A stretch of 33,000 bases of DNA, taken from Dicyema japonicum (Eukaryota; Animalia; Dicyemida). The notes beneath the pieces are model-generated. The model was not told the DNA's origin. It saw only the letters and a list, made by a program, of their open reading frames with translations, and made no database searches. Numbering within the stretch: position 1 is the first letter of the stretch; every line of letters begins with the position of its first letter. Shown one piece after another: positions 1 through 11,120 of the stretch. The stretch covers positions 1,688,360-1,721,359 of the forward strand of contig RDEW01000001.1 in assembly GCA_011109175.1 (NCBI GenBank), read 5' to 3'. The translations under genes and the position numbers were made by a program.

Positions 1-899
1 TTAATTAGTTATGACTGTTGTGCTGGGCTTACAATGGTAAGCCTGGGGTTAATAATAATATAGTGAAATTAAATAACTTAAAGAACATAAGCAACAATCC
101 TGACTTAGGGTGAGAGATTAGTCCACATGAAGGTTTCGGCTTAGGAAACTCTGAAAAATTGTTTTCGACCAAGAAAAGGCCTATTTTTAATTGATAATAA
201 AAGCCGCGTGCGCTATGTGGCTACTTGATTGATGATTTTTGTTTATTTCTTTCTTCTTTTTCCCAATAGAGTGGTGTCATGTTTCATATGTCTCAGGTGG
301 TGCCCAGTGCCAGGATGGAGAGAAGCTGCTAGTACAAATCCGTAAGATTGCGGAGGATCGGATCAAGTTTCAGGAGATCAAATAGCACCAATTCATTCCT
401 CAACAAAAATCACTTTCTACATATTTATGGATGTCGAGGGAAACAAAGAATATGAAGTTGATCAATTGACTTGAGACTTAAAATTAAGACAGATTTTGAA
501 AATTTGTTGGATGCAGCCTAAATATGATTATTCGACGAATTTTGACAACTCAGATGTTGATATCGAAAATGAGTGCTTTTAAGGTTGTGTACAATTATTA
601 ATTTTTAGACATAAAGTGATCCGAATATTCCCCAGTATCCGTTATACGATGGACTCATTGTATTATGCAAAATACTGTGTAATAGAAAGAGATGACATAT
701 ATGCACTTGAAATTGAAATTGTGGAGCTTATTGAGGGAATACATGAATATAGATCCGGCAGGTTTCAGAGGAAACAACCACTCCATTCTTTGATTAATTA
801 TCTTGATATCGAGAAAACACTCGGTTTTTGAGAAAACACTCGATCGACGTTACGTTTTTCGAGAGTCGAAGTTCTCTCTCACGACTCCTCATTTCCTCG

Positions 900-1330
900 G
901 CCATGATTGTATTCAGGTAGGTCAACGAAGATATGTAGATAACCATTTCTCATTGTAATCCAGAAAGGCTTCAAATTTGAAGATATTTACTTGGTGATAG
1001 AGAGACTTTCGAAAAAAGAAGTCAATGAGATCATTAGGTTATACATAAATATTACAAAATGGAAAATGTCCTTCGCAAAAATCTAAATGTCCCCAGTCCT
1101 TGCTTGAAAATCTATTCAATGACCAACATGTTTTTATTCTTAGGTAGAAGAGTATTCTCATTTGTAATCTTCATCAGTTGAATTGGTCAAGGAATAGGTA
1201 AGAAGATCCCTTTCATGAACTACGTAATGCCAGAAGGACTCGTCGCCTCACATGTGGTATCCGTTGACGAGAATTGGAATCTGCTAAAAACTCGATCTTT
1301 CGGATTGAACAACGACAATCAGATCTGATG
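900..1330 (-). mobile_element. Decayed APE endonuclease remnant of an RTE-like LINE
   Basis: Broken minus-strand frames give TYSLTNSTDEDYK (cf. YAPTN-x-DE), DFQARTG (cf. GDFNARxG) and MRNG (cf. TNRNG). Many stops; boundaries approximate. Confidence 0.4.
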
Positions 1331-1880
1331 TCATCAGACACTGCGTTCAGCCAAGAAGGCAAAGTGTTTTATAACATTTGAAAATTGACAATATGGATGG
1401 CATTGATTTGAGTTCCGTAGTGTAAATTTAGCTAAAGAAAAAATTTAAATAATTAAAAAAACAATGTATAAAGAATTGTAGAAATTAATCCAGGATTACT
1501 ATGAGAACCGTAAGAGGAACTAAGCACAGAGACCTGGATCATTTATTTAATAACAGCGGAAATATCGGAAAGAGAAAGAGTTGATTAACTCCTAATTAGG
1601 ATATATCCAGTTTTCATAGTCAAATTAAGGCTTGTCTTTAAGTCCATTCATATCTCCAGTTGTTAGAACACCTCGAGTAGAATAGGAAAAAAGATCCTTT
1701 CTGAACTCTGGCCAAGATTTTTAGTATTAGAAGGCATAGAACAATAAGAAATCATTTTAACATGAAGGCAAAATTCCACGCAAATTGATTTATTCTGTTC
1801 CAAAGATGTTTAGCTACATTAGCAGTTTAAATTATCACTTGTGTCGTTGTAGATTATTTTAGTCTTTTATAATGAAAGAT

Positions 1881-1953
1881 GCCTGGTTAGCTCAGTCGGT
1901 AGAGCATCTGACTTTTAATCCGATGGTCGCGGGTTCGAGTCCCGTACCAGGCT
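1881..1953 (+). tRNA. trnK-UUU: tRNA-Lys, anticodon UUU, intronless
   Basis: Cloverleaf: acceptor GCCTGGT/ACCAGGC, D stem GCTC/GAGC, anticodon loop CTTTTAA, T arm GCGGG-TTCGAGT-CCCGT. A and B boxes are present and a T-run terminator follows. One U:C mismatch in the anticodon stem (TCTGA/TCCGA). Confidence 0.93.
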
Positions 1954-2312
1954 TTTTGTTTCTATTCAAATATTTTTTGCTACATTTATTCTACAGTATT
2001 GAAACTAAAGAAAGTTTTATCTAGCATCTTCGTTAGTTTCGCTCACATCCTGCTTGTTCCTGCGAGAGCTATTTCTCGACTTATTATTATTATTTAAGCA
2101 CTTCGCAAGAGCCATACTAATTATGTTAATGGATTGTAAGTATGGAGTCTACATGATCGAAAAAGATCTGGTTACAGCAACAATCACCTGGTGGAGTTAG
2201 CAGCACAGTACAATGACGTTCCAGGTAACCTGAGTAGGTGGAAACTGATGGGATCCAGTCAACGACTCCTCTTCTAAGGGGAGAAAGGTCTAGCTAGAAG
2301 CGAGTAGTAATT

Positions 2313-2590
2313 TTGATTTTTAAATTTTGCCAAAACATATTTGAAGAGATTGGATTCCCTCCGTTGACAATAAGGAAAAGTTGGTTGTATGCTGCCAATT
2401 ATTATACCAAGAATTTAAATAAAATGCTCGAAAAGGATAAAAATTTTAATGATAAAAATGTTAAAAATTATTTGATTCTTTACTTTATTAATTTGTTAAA
2501 AACATTAACAGCACAAAATTAATAAGGTCATATTTAATTTTTAAGGTCATATTTCAATCATTTTTAGGTCATATTTGTGGTTTCCCTAAT
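2313..2590 (+). mobile_element. 3' remnant of a hAT (CGGBP1/DUF659-like) transposon
   Basis: Peptide IGFPPLTIRKSWLYAANYYTKN resembles PPxPVxTRWGTWLxAAxYY. Three AGGTCATATTT subterminal repeats (2525, 2544, 2566) and a likely terminus ...GGTTTCCCTA. Confidence 0.55.
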
Positions 2591-2629
2591 TGTTATTTAT
2601 AAGCAAAAAATAACACATCGGAATCAAAA

Positions 2630-2800
2630 AAACAAATGGAATTTCCGTGAACGATTGAGATTCCGAGGCGTCTACGGAACCAACATCGCTCCTAAAGATC
2701 TCCGAGCCTTGATGAGATTGCTTTTCCAATCTATCTGAGAACATTCTGGTGACAGTCCTGAAGTTCTGATGTTAGTGATTTGGCATCAAGGTTATCTTCT
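2630..2800 (-). mobile_element. CRE-like RLE non-LTR retrotransposon, 3' fragment
   Basis: Minus strand IGKAISSRLGDL*ERCWFRRRLGISIVHGNS matches the CRE-type C-terminus (DxRExxWxxQRxxxAIxRGN) seen in the other copies in this window. Confidence 0.65.
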
Positions 2801-3618
2801 ATAGATTTGATCTCAAAACTATCATTTTACAAAATTTTAGACCTCTGCTAACTTGAAGACCGGTCCTTGTGGTCTCTAATCAAAACTTAATATGATAAAG
2901 ATCATTTTATCTCATTTTGGTTACACGTATGGACGATTGTTTTATGTCTAAATCATTACATCAGACAGATACGCTGGACGGGACAGTTCGTTAGACTTCT
3001 ATCAAACTAAATTTAAATTAAATTCATTGTGCAACCATTTTAAGCAAAACAAAAAGACTCGACTTGATCACTAAAATCGTAAACAGTGATTATTATTTGA
3101 GGCATAGTGAGGTCAGTAGGCGCATATTTGCATCTCTGCAGAAAATATGAATTCAGAAGATCAAGAAAGTCGGAGGGACATTCACTTCAGTAAATAATAT
3201 CGACCAAAGAATGCAAGTTGATAAATCAATATTGATCGAACAAGATAACCCTCATTGAAGTAATAACAAAATTACTTCACAAGATCGTCTCAATCAAGTT
3301 GAGAAGTTTTACAAGTACGGCCTTCTTACAGGAGACCTTTCGCTTCTTAACAACTCTCAAGTGAAGATTATTTCATTGGTTAAGACCTTTTACACGAAAG
3401 AGTTCATCTCTGCTTCGAACTAATTTGTGTAATTGGCAAGTGGTAGTTCCAATGACATCCATTTGATGCAGGAAGAGGAGATAAGATTGACTCGGATGTG
3501 GAGAGAAATGATACTGATGAGTTGGGGTTAACACCTCTAAGGGAGAGGGTGATTTCCATTCATTATTATTTAACCAAAAAGTCATCATTGTAATTAACAA
3601 ATTCTAGGGGGAAGGCCA

Positions 3619-3870
3619 TCAGGTGATCCCAGCCTCTCTCAGTATCGATCTCAACTTTTCCAGGTGTTTCTTTCTCGAACCAACGCAATTTATGTAAGCA
3701 TGTTTTATGTGGGATTTTCCTCTCTGGAACCAACGCAATTCCGTAAGCACGTTTTATGTGGGATTTTTCACATTAGGCAAATATGCCACCTGACTTCTTC
3801 ATGAGGTCCTCAGAAAGACTTGCTTGTCATAACCCCTGAGAATGGATAGATGGTCTTGACAGCTCTGGAC
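3619..3870 (-). mobile_element. 3' end of APE-LINE family ending in ..AGIT*, with an internal ~41-bp tandem duplication (3679-3767)
   Basis: NCVGSRKKHLEKLRSILREAGIT* (one frameshift). Nucleotide similarity to 16715-16790 (TGCGTTGG...ATCACCTGA). Confidence 0.65.
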
Positions 3871-4028
3871 ACGGATGATTTGTTGCAATACTAATTAGAT
3901 TAAACTTTATTTATTTGGTCATATTTTTAATTCTCCTTAAAATTATTTTTTTTATTTGTAGAAAATGAAATTTCTAAAATTCATTAAATTTAAACACAAT
4001 AAACTTCTAGCGGGAAATTTCATAAAAA

Positions 4029-5477
4029 ATGATTGACTATCATTCTGGTGTGCAGCCGTCACAAGTTAGAATCTTAATAAAGTCATAGAATTATTCATTA
4101 TTTTCTAATGAAATTAATGATTTGGGTCATTCATTAGGATTCATAAAGAAATTGCTAACAATCATCGTCTCAAATATCCTCTACAATAGGAAAGTATTCC
4201 CACCAGGAGCATTTGTGAATATTGAGGGAACAAATATCAAAATTGTTAACGAAGGGTCTACATTTCATGGAGTGGGGAAAGCGGTAGAATGGCTTAGAGG
4301 ATGTTTTGAGGCTATCACAAGAAAATATGTAAAATACTCCGCTAACCTTAGCTTAGGGGATTCGAGCTAGAAATATACGATTACAGCCTCATAGAGAAGT
4401 ACACAGTGTGCGTGTCCTACTCAGAAGGAAACTACAACTCAATCAGACAGGAAGACCAGATTTTAAATAATTTGAAAGAGTTTACTAAATCTATGTCCAA
4501 TCTCCCCTCCCGAGTGACCCTCAATATGAAACTGTTTTACTACGATGAAGGTTATAGTTCTCCTCAGTCCAGTAACCCCCCAACTGTACGAGCCTAAAGG
4601 ATTCGTCCCTAGTAAAGAAAACATTGAAAGTGAATGGCCTGCATTCTATGGGGTCAGTCAGCACTGTAACCTTATTGTATAACCTAGTCATGGCACAGGT
4701 ATTTGACTCGTTATCCCAGTTTGTCCCTCTCCACAAGCATCCCCCAAAGTTCTAACGATCTAATCTCATCTATATCAGACAATCAATCATTCAGTGATAT
4801 TATTAGTAATTCCATTATATATTCTAGTGACGGGGAGTGTGTTGAGAGTCCCTACCTTGGAGTCTACTGTCCCTGCGGATTCCACGAGGTACTCTAATGG
4901 ATTAGTAAAGACGGACGGATTAATGATTATTTGCAATCGATGCAAGCACTGGCAGCACGCTATCTGCTTCTCTATTCTTGAAGAGAAAGAAGCCCCCTCA
5001 ACTCACGTGTGTTACGAATGTGCTAGAGTTTATATGCTTTATAACTCAGGCGAACAAACAAGTGAACGAAGGCACAGACAGGACGCTCACTCGACTGACT
5101 ACTAAATCAGTCAAGGAAATTTGTATATTCCGTCGTTCTATGATGGCTCTGACGGAGACCAATCAGGTGTCCTCAGTCTCTTTGGGGGAAAGACTGGGAT
5201 TTCATCCAAACAGGCGGCTGTGCTGTTGAGAAAACTAGAAAAGCTTGGTTTTGTAAATCAGTCTAAAAGGTAACGTTGGGGTAATTCCAAGGGGATTGTT
5301 TGATATCTGTTCGACCAAACTCAGTGAGGGATTGATAGAGCATCTCCCACTGCATTCAATGCATATTTGTGAAAATTCAGTGAATCATTTATATTATGGT
5401 AGAATATTAGGAAAATTGTCCCCAAAAAACGTTATCGTCTGCATAATTCCCTCTTATCTTCTTCCGATGAGTTGTGA
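4029..5477 (+). CDS. HORMAD1: Meiotic HORMA-domain protein (HORMAD/Hop1) with PHD finger and winged helix; spliced
   Basis: Introns: 4065-4088, 4329-4351, 4551-4572, 4612-4630 (19 nt, least certain), 4666-4687, 4889-4910, 5028-5049, 5270-5291, 5380-5402. HORMA: SLGFIKKLLTIIVSNILYNRKVFP...EWLRGCFEAITRKYLR...MKLFYYDEVTPQLYEPKGF...GSVSTSWH. PHD: VYCPCGFHETDGLMIICNRCKHWQHAIC...HVCYEC. Winged-helix-like: SLGERLGFHP-x-AAVLLRKLEKLGFV, needing +1 nt at 5208-5210. Basic tail RKIVPKKRYR...DEL*. Confidence 0.92.
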
Positions 5478-5549
5478 AAGATTGCGTTATGTTTGTTTAA
5501 CAAATGTGTTTCATTTTTATAATTCACTAAACCCACCAATTCATGCGAG

Positions 5550-5930
5550 GTAAGTTCAATCAAAAGAAAATATTTAATGGCAGTCTCTTCCATGTTCCTC
5601 GATCTTTAGCCAGCAATTTCATAAGTGTCTTCCACGGTTTCAACTTTCTTTCAGCGTTTTAGGTCATTATTTAGTACATCTGGAAGAGTTAGTCATCTCA
5701 TTCGTGAAACCAGCTCTCTTGGCTGACATAATAGCCTTCCATGGTTATTATGTTTGGGGTCATGTCCATTTTCAATATATGTCCGACAGTCTCCAGTAAA
5801 ATTCCGTGATTTCCGAGCCATTTACACCATCTGCAATTTTTTTAGATTTCACTATTTGAGATTCTGGTGGGCCATAAAATAGTAAATAGATATTGAAATG
5901 ATTTAATATGGTTTTAATCTTTGTGAGCAG
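5550..5930 (-). mobile_element. RTE-like LINE 3' remnant
   Basis: Frame-broken WPTRISNSEI, ITEFYWRL/GHILKMD and TLPDVLNNDLKR resemble an RTE-type ORF2 C-terminus. Homologous DNA at 8960-9110. Confidence 0.55.
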
Positions 5931-5939
5931 ATCTCTAGC

Positions 5940-8580
5940 GACAGCTAGTGCTGGAAGCTTCACAGGTATTCGATGTTCACCGGAGGTCCCGAGCAGGAGA
6001 AAGCTTATTGTACAATCAATGATAATTGGTCCGGTGATAGAAGCTAAAAGCTCAACTCGTCGCCTAGGAGGAAGTGCTCAGAACGTAGTTTTACTGAGTC
6101 CTCCTTGTTTCTCTGTCGACAGTAGTCTCCGGCTCATTCACCAATGTGAGAAGATCATCCAGCAGATCGTTCCAAGCCAGTCTTGGGATAGCTTAGGTAG
6201 AGATGTGGTGATGTATTGTCTGACTTGGTTTTATCAGGAGGTGACGGGAATTTTAGCCAATTCATGAAACATGTGCGTGGAATTATCTTTCTGCAGTTCT
6301 TCGTGAGAGCCAGGAAGTGGCAAGGGTAGTCTGGTTCCTTGGTTTCGCTTAAGAATTGAAGATTCCTCATCCAGAGGTGATCTTCCACTTGAGGAATAGT
6401 GGATTCCAGTGGAGGTAGTCTGATGGTGTGAATTTGTTGAATCCAATAATTGTTCCAAGAATCCCATTTTGACTCTGACGTATTTGGATGTCGTAGGCTG
6501 CGAGGGATGAGGCCCAGGAGGGGTTTGTAATTCAAGGTGGTCCTGATATATTGTTGTAGATTATTCTGAGGGTTTCTCTGTCCTGACAGAAGATATATCC
6601 GGCAAACGTTTGTTGCTTTTTCAACCACATGGTCCAATTGGGGTGGGGATCATTGGTCGTAAAATAATCCAAGGATTTTCTATGTTTTTGAAATAGGAAG
6701 GACTTCTAAGATTTTCAGTTCCAGTTTTATGTTTAGCTGGCGTCGGTCAGGAATGAAAACTATGACGCTGCAGTTAGAAGGAAAGGGGAGAGTGGTTGGC
6801 TTATAACCAAGACTCTAGAGCAGAGGTTTCAAAACTTATTACACGCCTCCCTTAAAAAGTGTACAATCTTGCGCCTCTCTTTATATTCCATGATATAATA
6901 CAAATGTTATTTTTAGCAGAAACAAATTTTTTAACACAAAAAGTTAATGAGATAAATTTTCTCACTCGACAAAAACTTTTGAAATCTCGGTGTCATTGAG
7001 GAAAGTTCTAGAGTTCTACTCGCAGCTATGCACTAATAAACGAGTACGGTATTTAGATTTCATTGCATCTAGTGCAGAAAATCCAGTTTCGCATAAATAT
7101 GAAGGAACAAATGAAAAAAAACTTTCATTGCTTTTATCAACAAAATTTATATTCCTTTCATCGATTCAACCAAAAGTTTGCTTGAATATTGACTATGGCG
7201 CATAAAGTATTTAACAGAAAGAACATGTTATGGATATTTTTCTGAATTTTCAACGATTTCGTTTGGTTATCGAACCCTTCTAATTTTCTTTTAAAAGATT
7301 CTTAGGATTTATGGATATATTCAGAATGATTCGTTTCAAAATGTCTTCTTAATTTGCATGGCATCATATTATCTGCTGCAAGTGTTTTGAAACAAAGCAA
7401 AAAGAGGGGTATTTCAAAGGAATCAACAATAATACGTGTGAATCCTAACAATAAGTAGGAGAACAATATTTTCTTGTCTTTGGAGTCGTATTGATTGTAT
7501 TTAAATTATTTTGACTGTTTGAGCTACCATCAAAATCTTCAATATTCGTCAATTTTCTTTTACAACCAATCATGAATTTATCCATGCTGTTGAACTTAAA
7601 TTATTCCAGAGGGTAACCAAACTAACTAACCCCTTGATCCTGACTCGTTTCAGCATTCCAGAACTTATCTCCAGGGAACGACATTGTCACCCGGGGAAGA
7701 ATAATTGGAATCCTCTTGATGCCGGCCAGGTATTGTGCGTCTCTTCAGTAAGGTGAATTCAGTGACGCCACCGAAGAAAAAATAATTTTTTCCATGCTGT
7801 TGAAATAATTTAAATTGAATTAATTTTTGAAAAATATAATTTTTAAATTAATAAATATTATTATTTACATATAATCACGATTTTTATATAGATCTAATTT
7901 TAAAAAAAATATTTCTGATAAGCTTTTCTCCTTTTACACGATTCCGAGCCTACCATCTTGGAAACCTCTCCTCTAGAGAATACAAGTGTGTTTGGAGACG
8001 GGCTGATTCGAAGCGAGGATCAAGTCATCCACATAGGACAGGAACAGCATTTTTTCGAGTTCGGGTATGCTAATCAGGTTGACATTGAACAAACCCGGAG
8101 AGAGGGCAGAATTTTGTGGGACTCCTTTAAGTAAATAATGGGGGAGAGATTTCCAGTCTGCCAGAGAGAAATGATTTGAGTCGTCTCTGTATGAATAGAA
8201 CAATAATCGATGCGATTTTTGATTGCTGAATCTATCTGCATTAAAGTCAGAAATACAATTAAGTGGGTGTAGATGAATACTTGACACGGAAACCGTGTTG
8301 AGAGTTGGATAGGTTTAGGTGAGGGTGTTGAGAATGTATCTCTCGAGGATCTTTGATACAGTACAGAGGCGGGAAATTTGTCGAAAGGATCCTGGGTCAT
8401 GCTTGTTAGGTTTTAGAGTCTGGATTATTGTCGATTGTTTCCAGGGCATAGGCGCAATTCCTGAATTCAAAGGACGCTTTGAAAACGTCAGAAACAATCA
8501 GGAATTTTCCTAAGTCCATGTATCCAAAGATTTTTAGATGAAATATGCATATTTAGTTCTTCGCATTCATTATCAGGCAC
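5940..8580 (-). mobile_element. I-group (Ingi/Vingi-like) LINE reverse transcriptase pseudogene, interrupted by a hAT insertion
   Basis: RT motifs IPMPWKQSTIIQTLKP...SFRQISRLC, GVPQNSALSPGLFN and LSYVDDL (7973-8500). After the insertion: KILGLFYD, DHVVEKA and LSKLRSEH (cf. LAQLRSGH). Multiple frameshifts. Confidence 0.85.
6821..7970 (-). mobile_element. Non-autonomous hAT (Buster/Charlie, ZBED5/FAM200-like) element with TIRs and 8-bp TSD
   Basis: TIRs CAGAGGTTTCAAA (6821) and TTGGAAACCTCTC (ends 7970). Identical TSD CTCTAGAG at 6813-6820 and 7971-7978. Internally deleted transposase: CFKTLAADNMMPCKLRRHFETNH joined to AMKVFFSFVPSYLCETGFSALDAMKSKYRTRL. Confidence 0.9.
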
Positions 8581-8772
8581 GTAAATGTCTACTTTGCTTA
8601 ATAATGAATGAAATCATCTTTTCATTCATGACCATGGACGAGGTAGTGAACCCGGAAGACATCAGAACCCAAAGTTACACTTATACTAGTTACTATGTAG
8701 TAATATGAGTCCTCGATATGAAACAAAACACCAATACACATATTCCATTACGTGCTACCCAGTCACCTAGAC

Positions 8773-8855
8773 AAGTAGTCCCCAACCTTTTTGTTGCCGT
8801 GGACCGGGGGTAGATTGTTTACTTGAGATTACAGCCCACCGGTTGAGGACCACTG
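8773..8855. mobile_element. Short Charlie-type MITE remnant
   Basis: Imperfect 15-bp TIR AAGTAGTCCCCAACC / GGTTGAGGACCACTG. No matching TSD. Confidence 0.5.
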
Positions 8856-8959
8856 AACAAAGATATACTAAGATGGTGCCCTAATAGTTACTATGACAAA
8901 TTAAGTACAATTAAGGCGATAATACAAGGAACCAGCCTTTTCTCTAATAATTGGTAGAT

Positions 8960-9110
8960 TGACAGTATTCAAGAGAAAATATTAAATGACAGTCTCTTCC
9001 CGCTCCTCATAAAGGTTCTCACAGGTTAAACTTCCCTTTCAGCGCATTGGGTAATTATTTAGTACATTTGGAAGAGCTAGTCTTGGTCTTCTATTAAAGC
9101 AGTTCTCTTT
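8960..9110 (-). mobile_element. RTE-like LINE 3' remnant (paralog of 5550-5740)
   Basis: Shares GAAAATATT...CAGTCTCTTCC and ATTATTTAGTACAT.TGGAAGAG.TAGTC with 5567-5700. Peptide RPRLALPNVLNN. Confidence 0.55.
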
Positions 9111-11120
9111 GTGGGGGTAGATTGACCGTATTCCTACGACTGTTGCGTGTAAGAAAAAGGCTAAAAGTGGAGATCTCATGAGCATCAAATTGTGAACTAA
9201 ATTTATCGCGGGAAAATCAGGTATCTTAAATGCGAGCTGTAAGTTTAAAAGAAAAACGTCCCCCCGTGAGGTCTCCGCTAAAACGCCACCTGAAAAATAA
9301 ATGGGAGGTTAATAGGTTCATTAAAGTCAAGTCAGAGGTAAAGAATTCATATTGAGATACGAGTGAGTTCGGTACTCTTACTGGTGACAACTAATCGTAG
9401 ACTCCTCTGCCGGCACCTAGATGGGGGTGGTACATAATTTTATTGGCGTTTCGAGTCAAATGAGTATTTGAATTGTTGTATCCACTAACCAGCTTGGTAT
9501 TATATTAAAATGTCGGGAGACAAAGGAACAGGCATTTATCAACAAGTTTCTGAGCTACTAATGTGGTAGCGAGCTGAAGGCATTATGGGAGGATACAAAA
9601 ATGCGTTCGACTCAGTTGATCCCGAGTACCAAAAGGGGATGAAATAAGGATTTCACGGAAATATAACCTTATTACCTTATGTTCTGTGTCTTTAACCCTC
9701 AAGTAGATTTCTTAACCGGCTGTTAACACAGATCATCTTACATGCATTGATTATATAAAGATATTCCCACAGTCATGAGAAGAGCTTGCCTGTGTTGGTT
9801 AAACCACTAAGAGCGTTTGCAAACAGTGAAGGAAAAGAAGATGCGTAAGTGCGCTTTTTTCACAAACAAATTGAGGATAATTCAAAGTCCATATTATCTC
9901 TAATGTAATGACATGGGATCGACTCAACCAATTATGGCATTACTAAATTCAATCCACCTTCTTGAATTCTGAAGGAAATTCGATCGTGGAGTCTTTCTTA
10001 TGATAAATCGGATTCCTCTCCATGGATATCCCTTTCAACAAACAGGTTTTATGATTCTATGCAGAAACGCAAAAAACTCGGAACTAGAAAATGATGCTGT
10101 TTTGTGGAAAAAAAGACTCAACCAATAATGGCAATTTATTGTAAAATTATAAATTATTAATTAATTAAAAAATAAATTAAATAATTTTAAGAATAGATAA
10201 AATTTTAAATTCGTAAATAACGTGATTACGTGATTACGCTTATGTTGGTTAATTAAACATTAATTTGGTTTAACGAACAAGTCAAATAAAAAAAAACAAG
10301 TTGCAATATTAAACAAATTATGAATAACATAAAATCGAAAAGAATTGGAACTATGAAGTTAAATTTTCTGTGGTGAATATAAATAAGGAAATGAAAATTC
10401 CCATATTTGGAAATAGTGAAGAAGGAGCATCATTCAATATCAAGGTAAAAGTTTTATAACTTCAAAGTGATACAAAAAACCATTCATATTCATAGTTAAA
10501 AGAACAAATCACATAAAGTACAAATATTGGATATTTGTGTAGAAATTATATGGTAAATGAAGGATTACTTCCATATAAGGAAACATGTAATAAACCATTG
10601 ATTTTGTTCTTTTCATTCAAATGTTAAATAAATTGACTCATTATAATTGTCTAATCAAATTAATAAGAAATTTCCAGTATTGATTTGGTAAATAATCAAT
10701 GGAAAATATCATCATAATATAAAGAATAAATTTAATGTGTTCGATGAGCTTGATAAAAGTTTAATGTGGAGATTATGGAAAATAATTTCTATGACAAATC
10801 ACATGAATATTAAAAATTACGTTTAATCAATAATGAATTATACTGGAATTTTAATGCTTGTCAATAATAAAATAAAATTGATTAATAACACACAAATATT
10901 AAACATAGATTAAAGTGTAAAGTTGGTAAACATGACTCGTCGAACCATAATATTGTAGATCTATAAAAGCAAATACAACCATTATATAAATAATATTCGA
11001 ATAATAATTAAATTATAACACTTAATTATGACAAATTTTAATATTTTCTTAAAATTTAATCAATAAAAATAATATCACTAAAATATTAATTGATTCTCTT
11101 ATACTGTTAATGAATATGTT

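Noticed and set aside
616-831. 71-aa ORF and upstream 280-600 coding-like text
   Set aside because: No recognisable motif, no ATG start, and no convincing intron chain.
4808-4829. Intron-like 22-mer GTAATTCCATTATATATTCTAG in HORMAD
   Set aside because: Splicing it puts the PHD out of frame, while read-through is open.
9500-9850. Possible decayed RT segment (LIP..K.G; PVLVKPLRAF)
   Set aside because: Similarity is too weak and fragmented to call.
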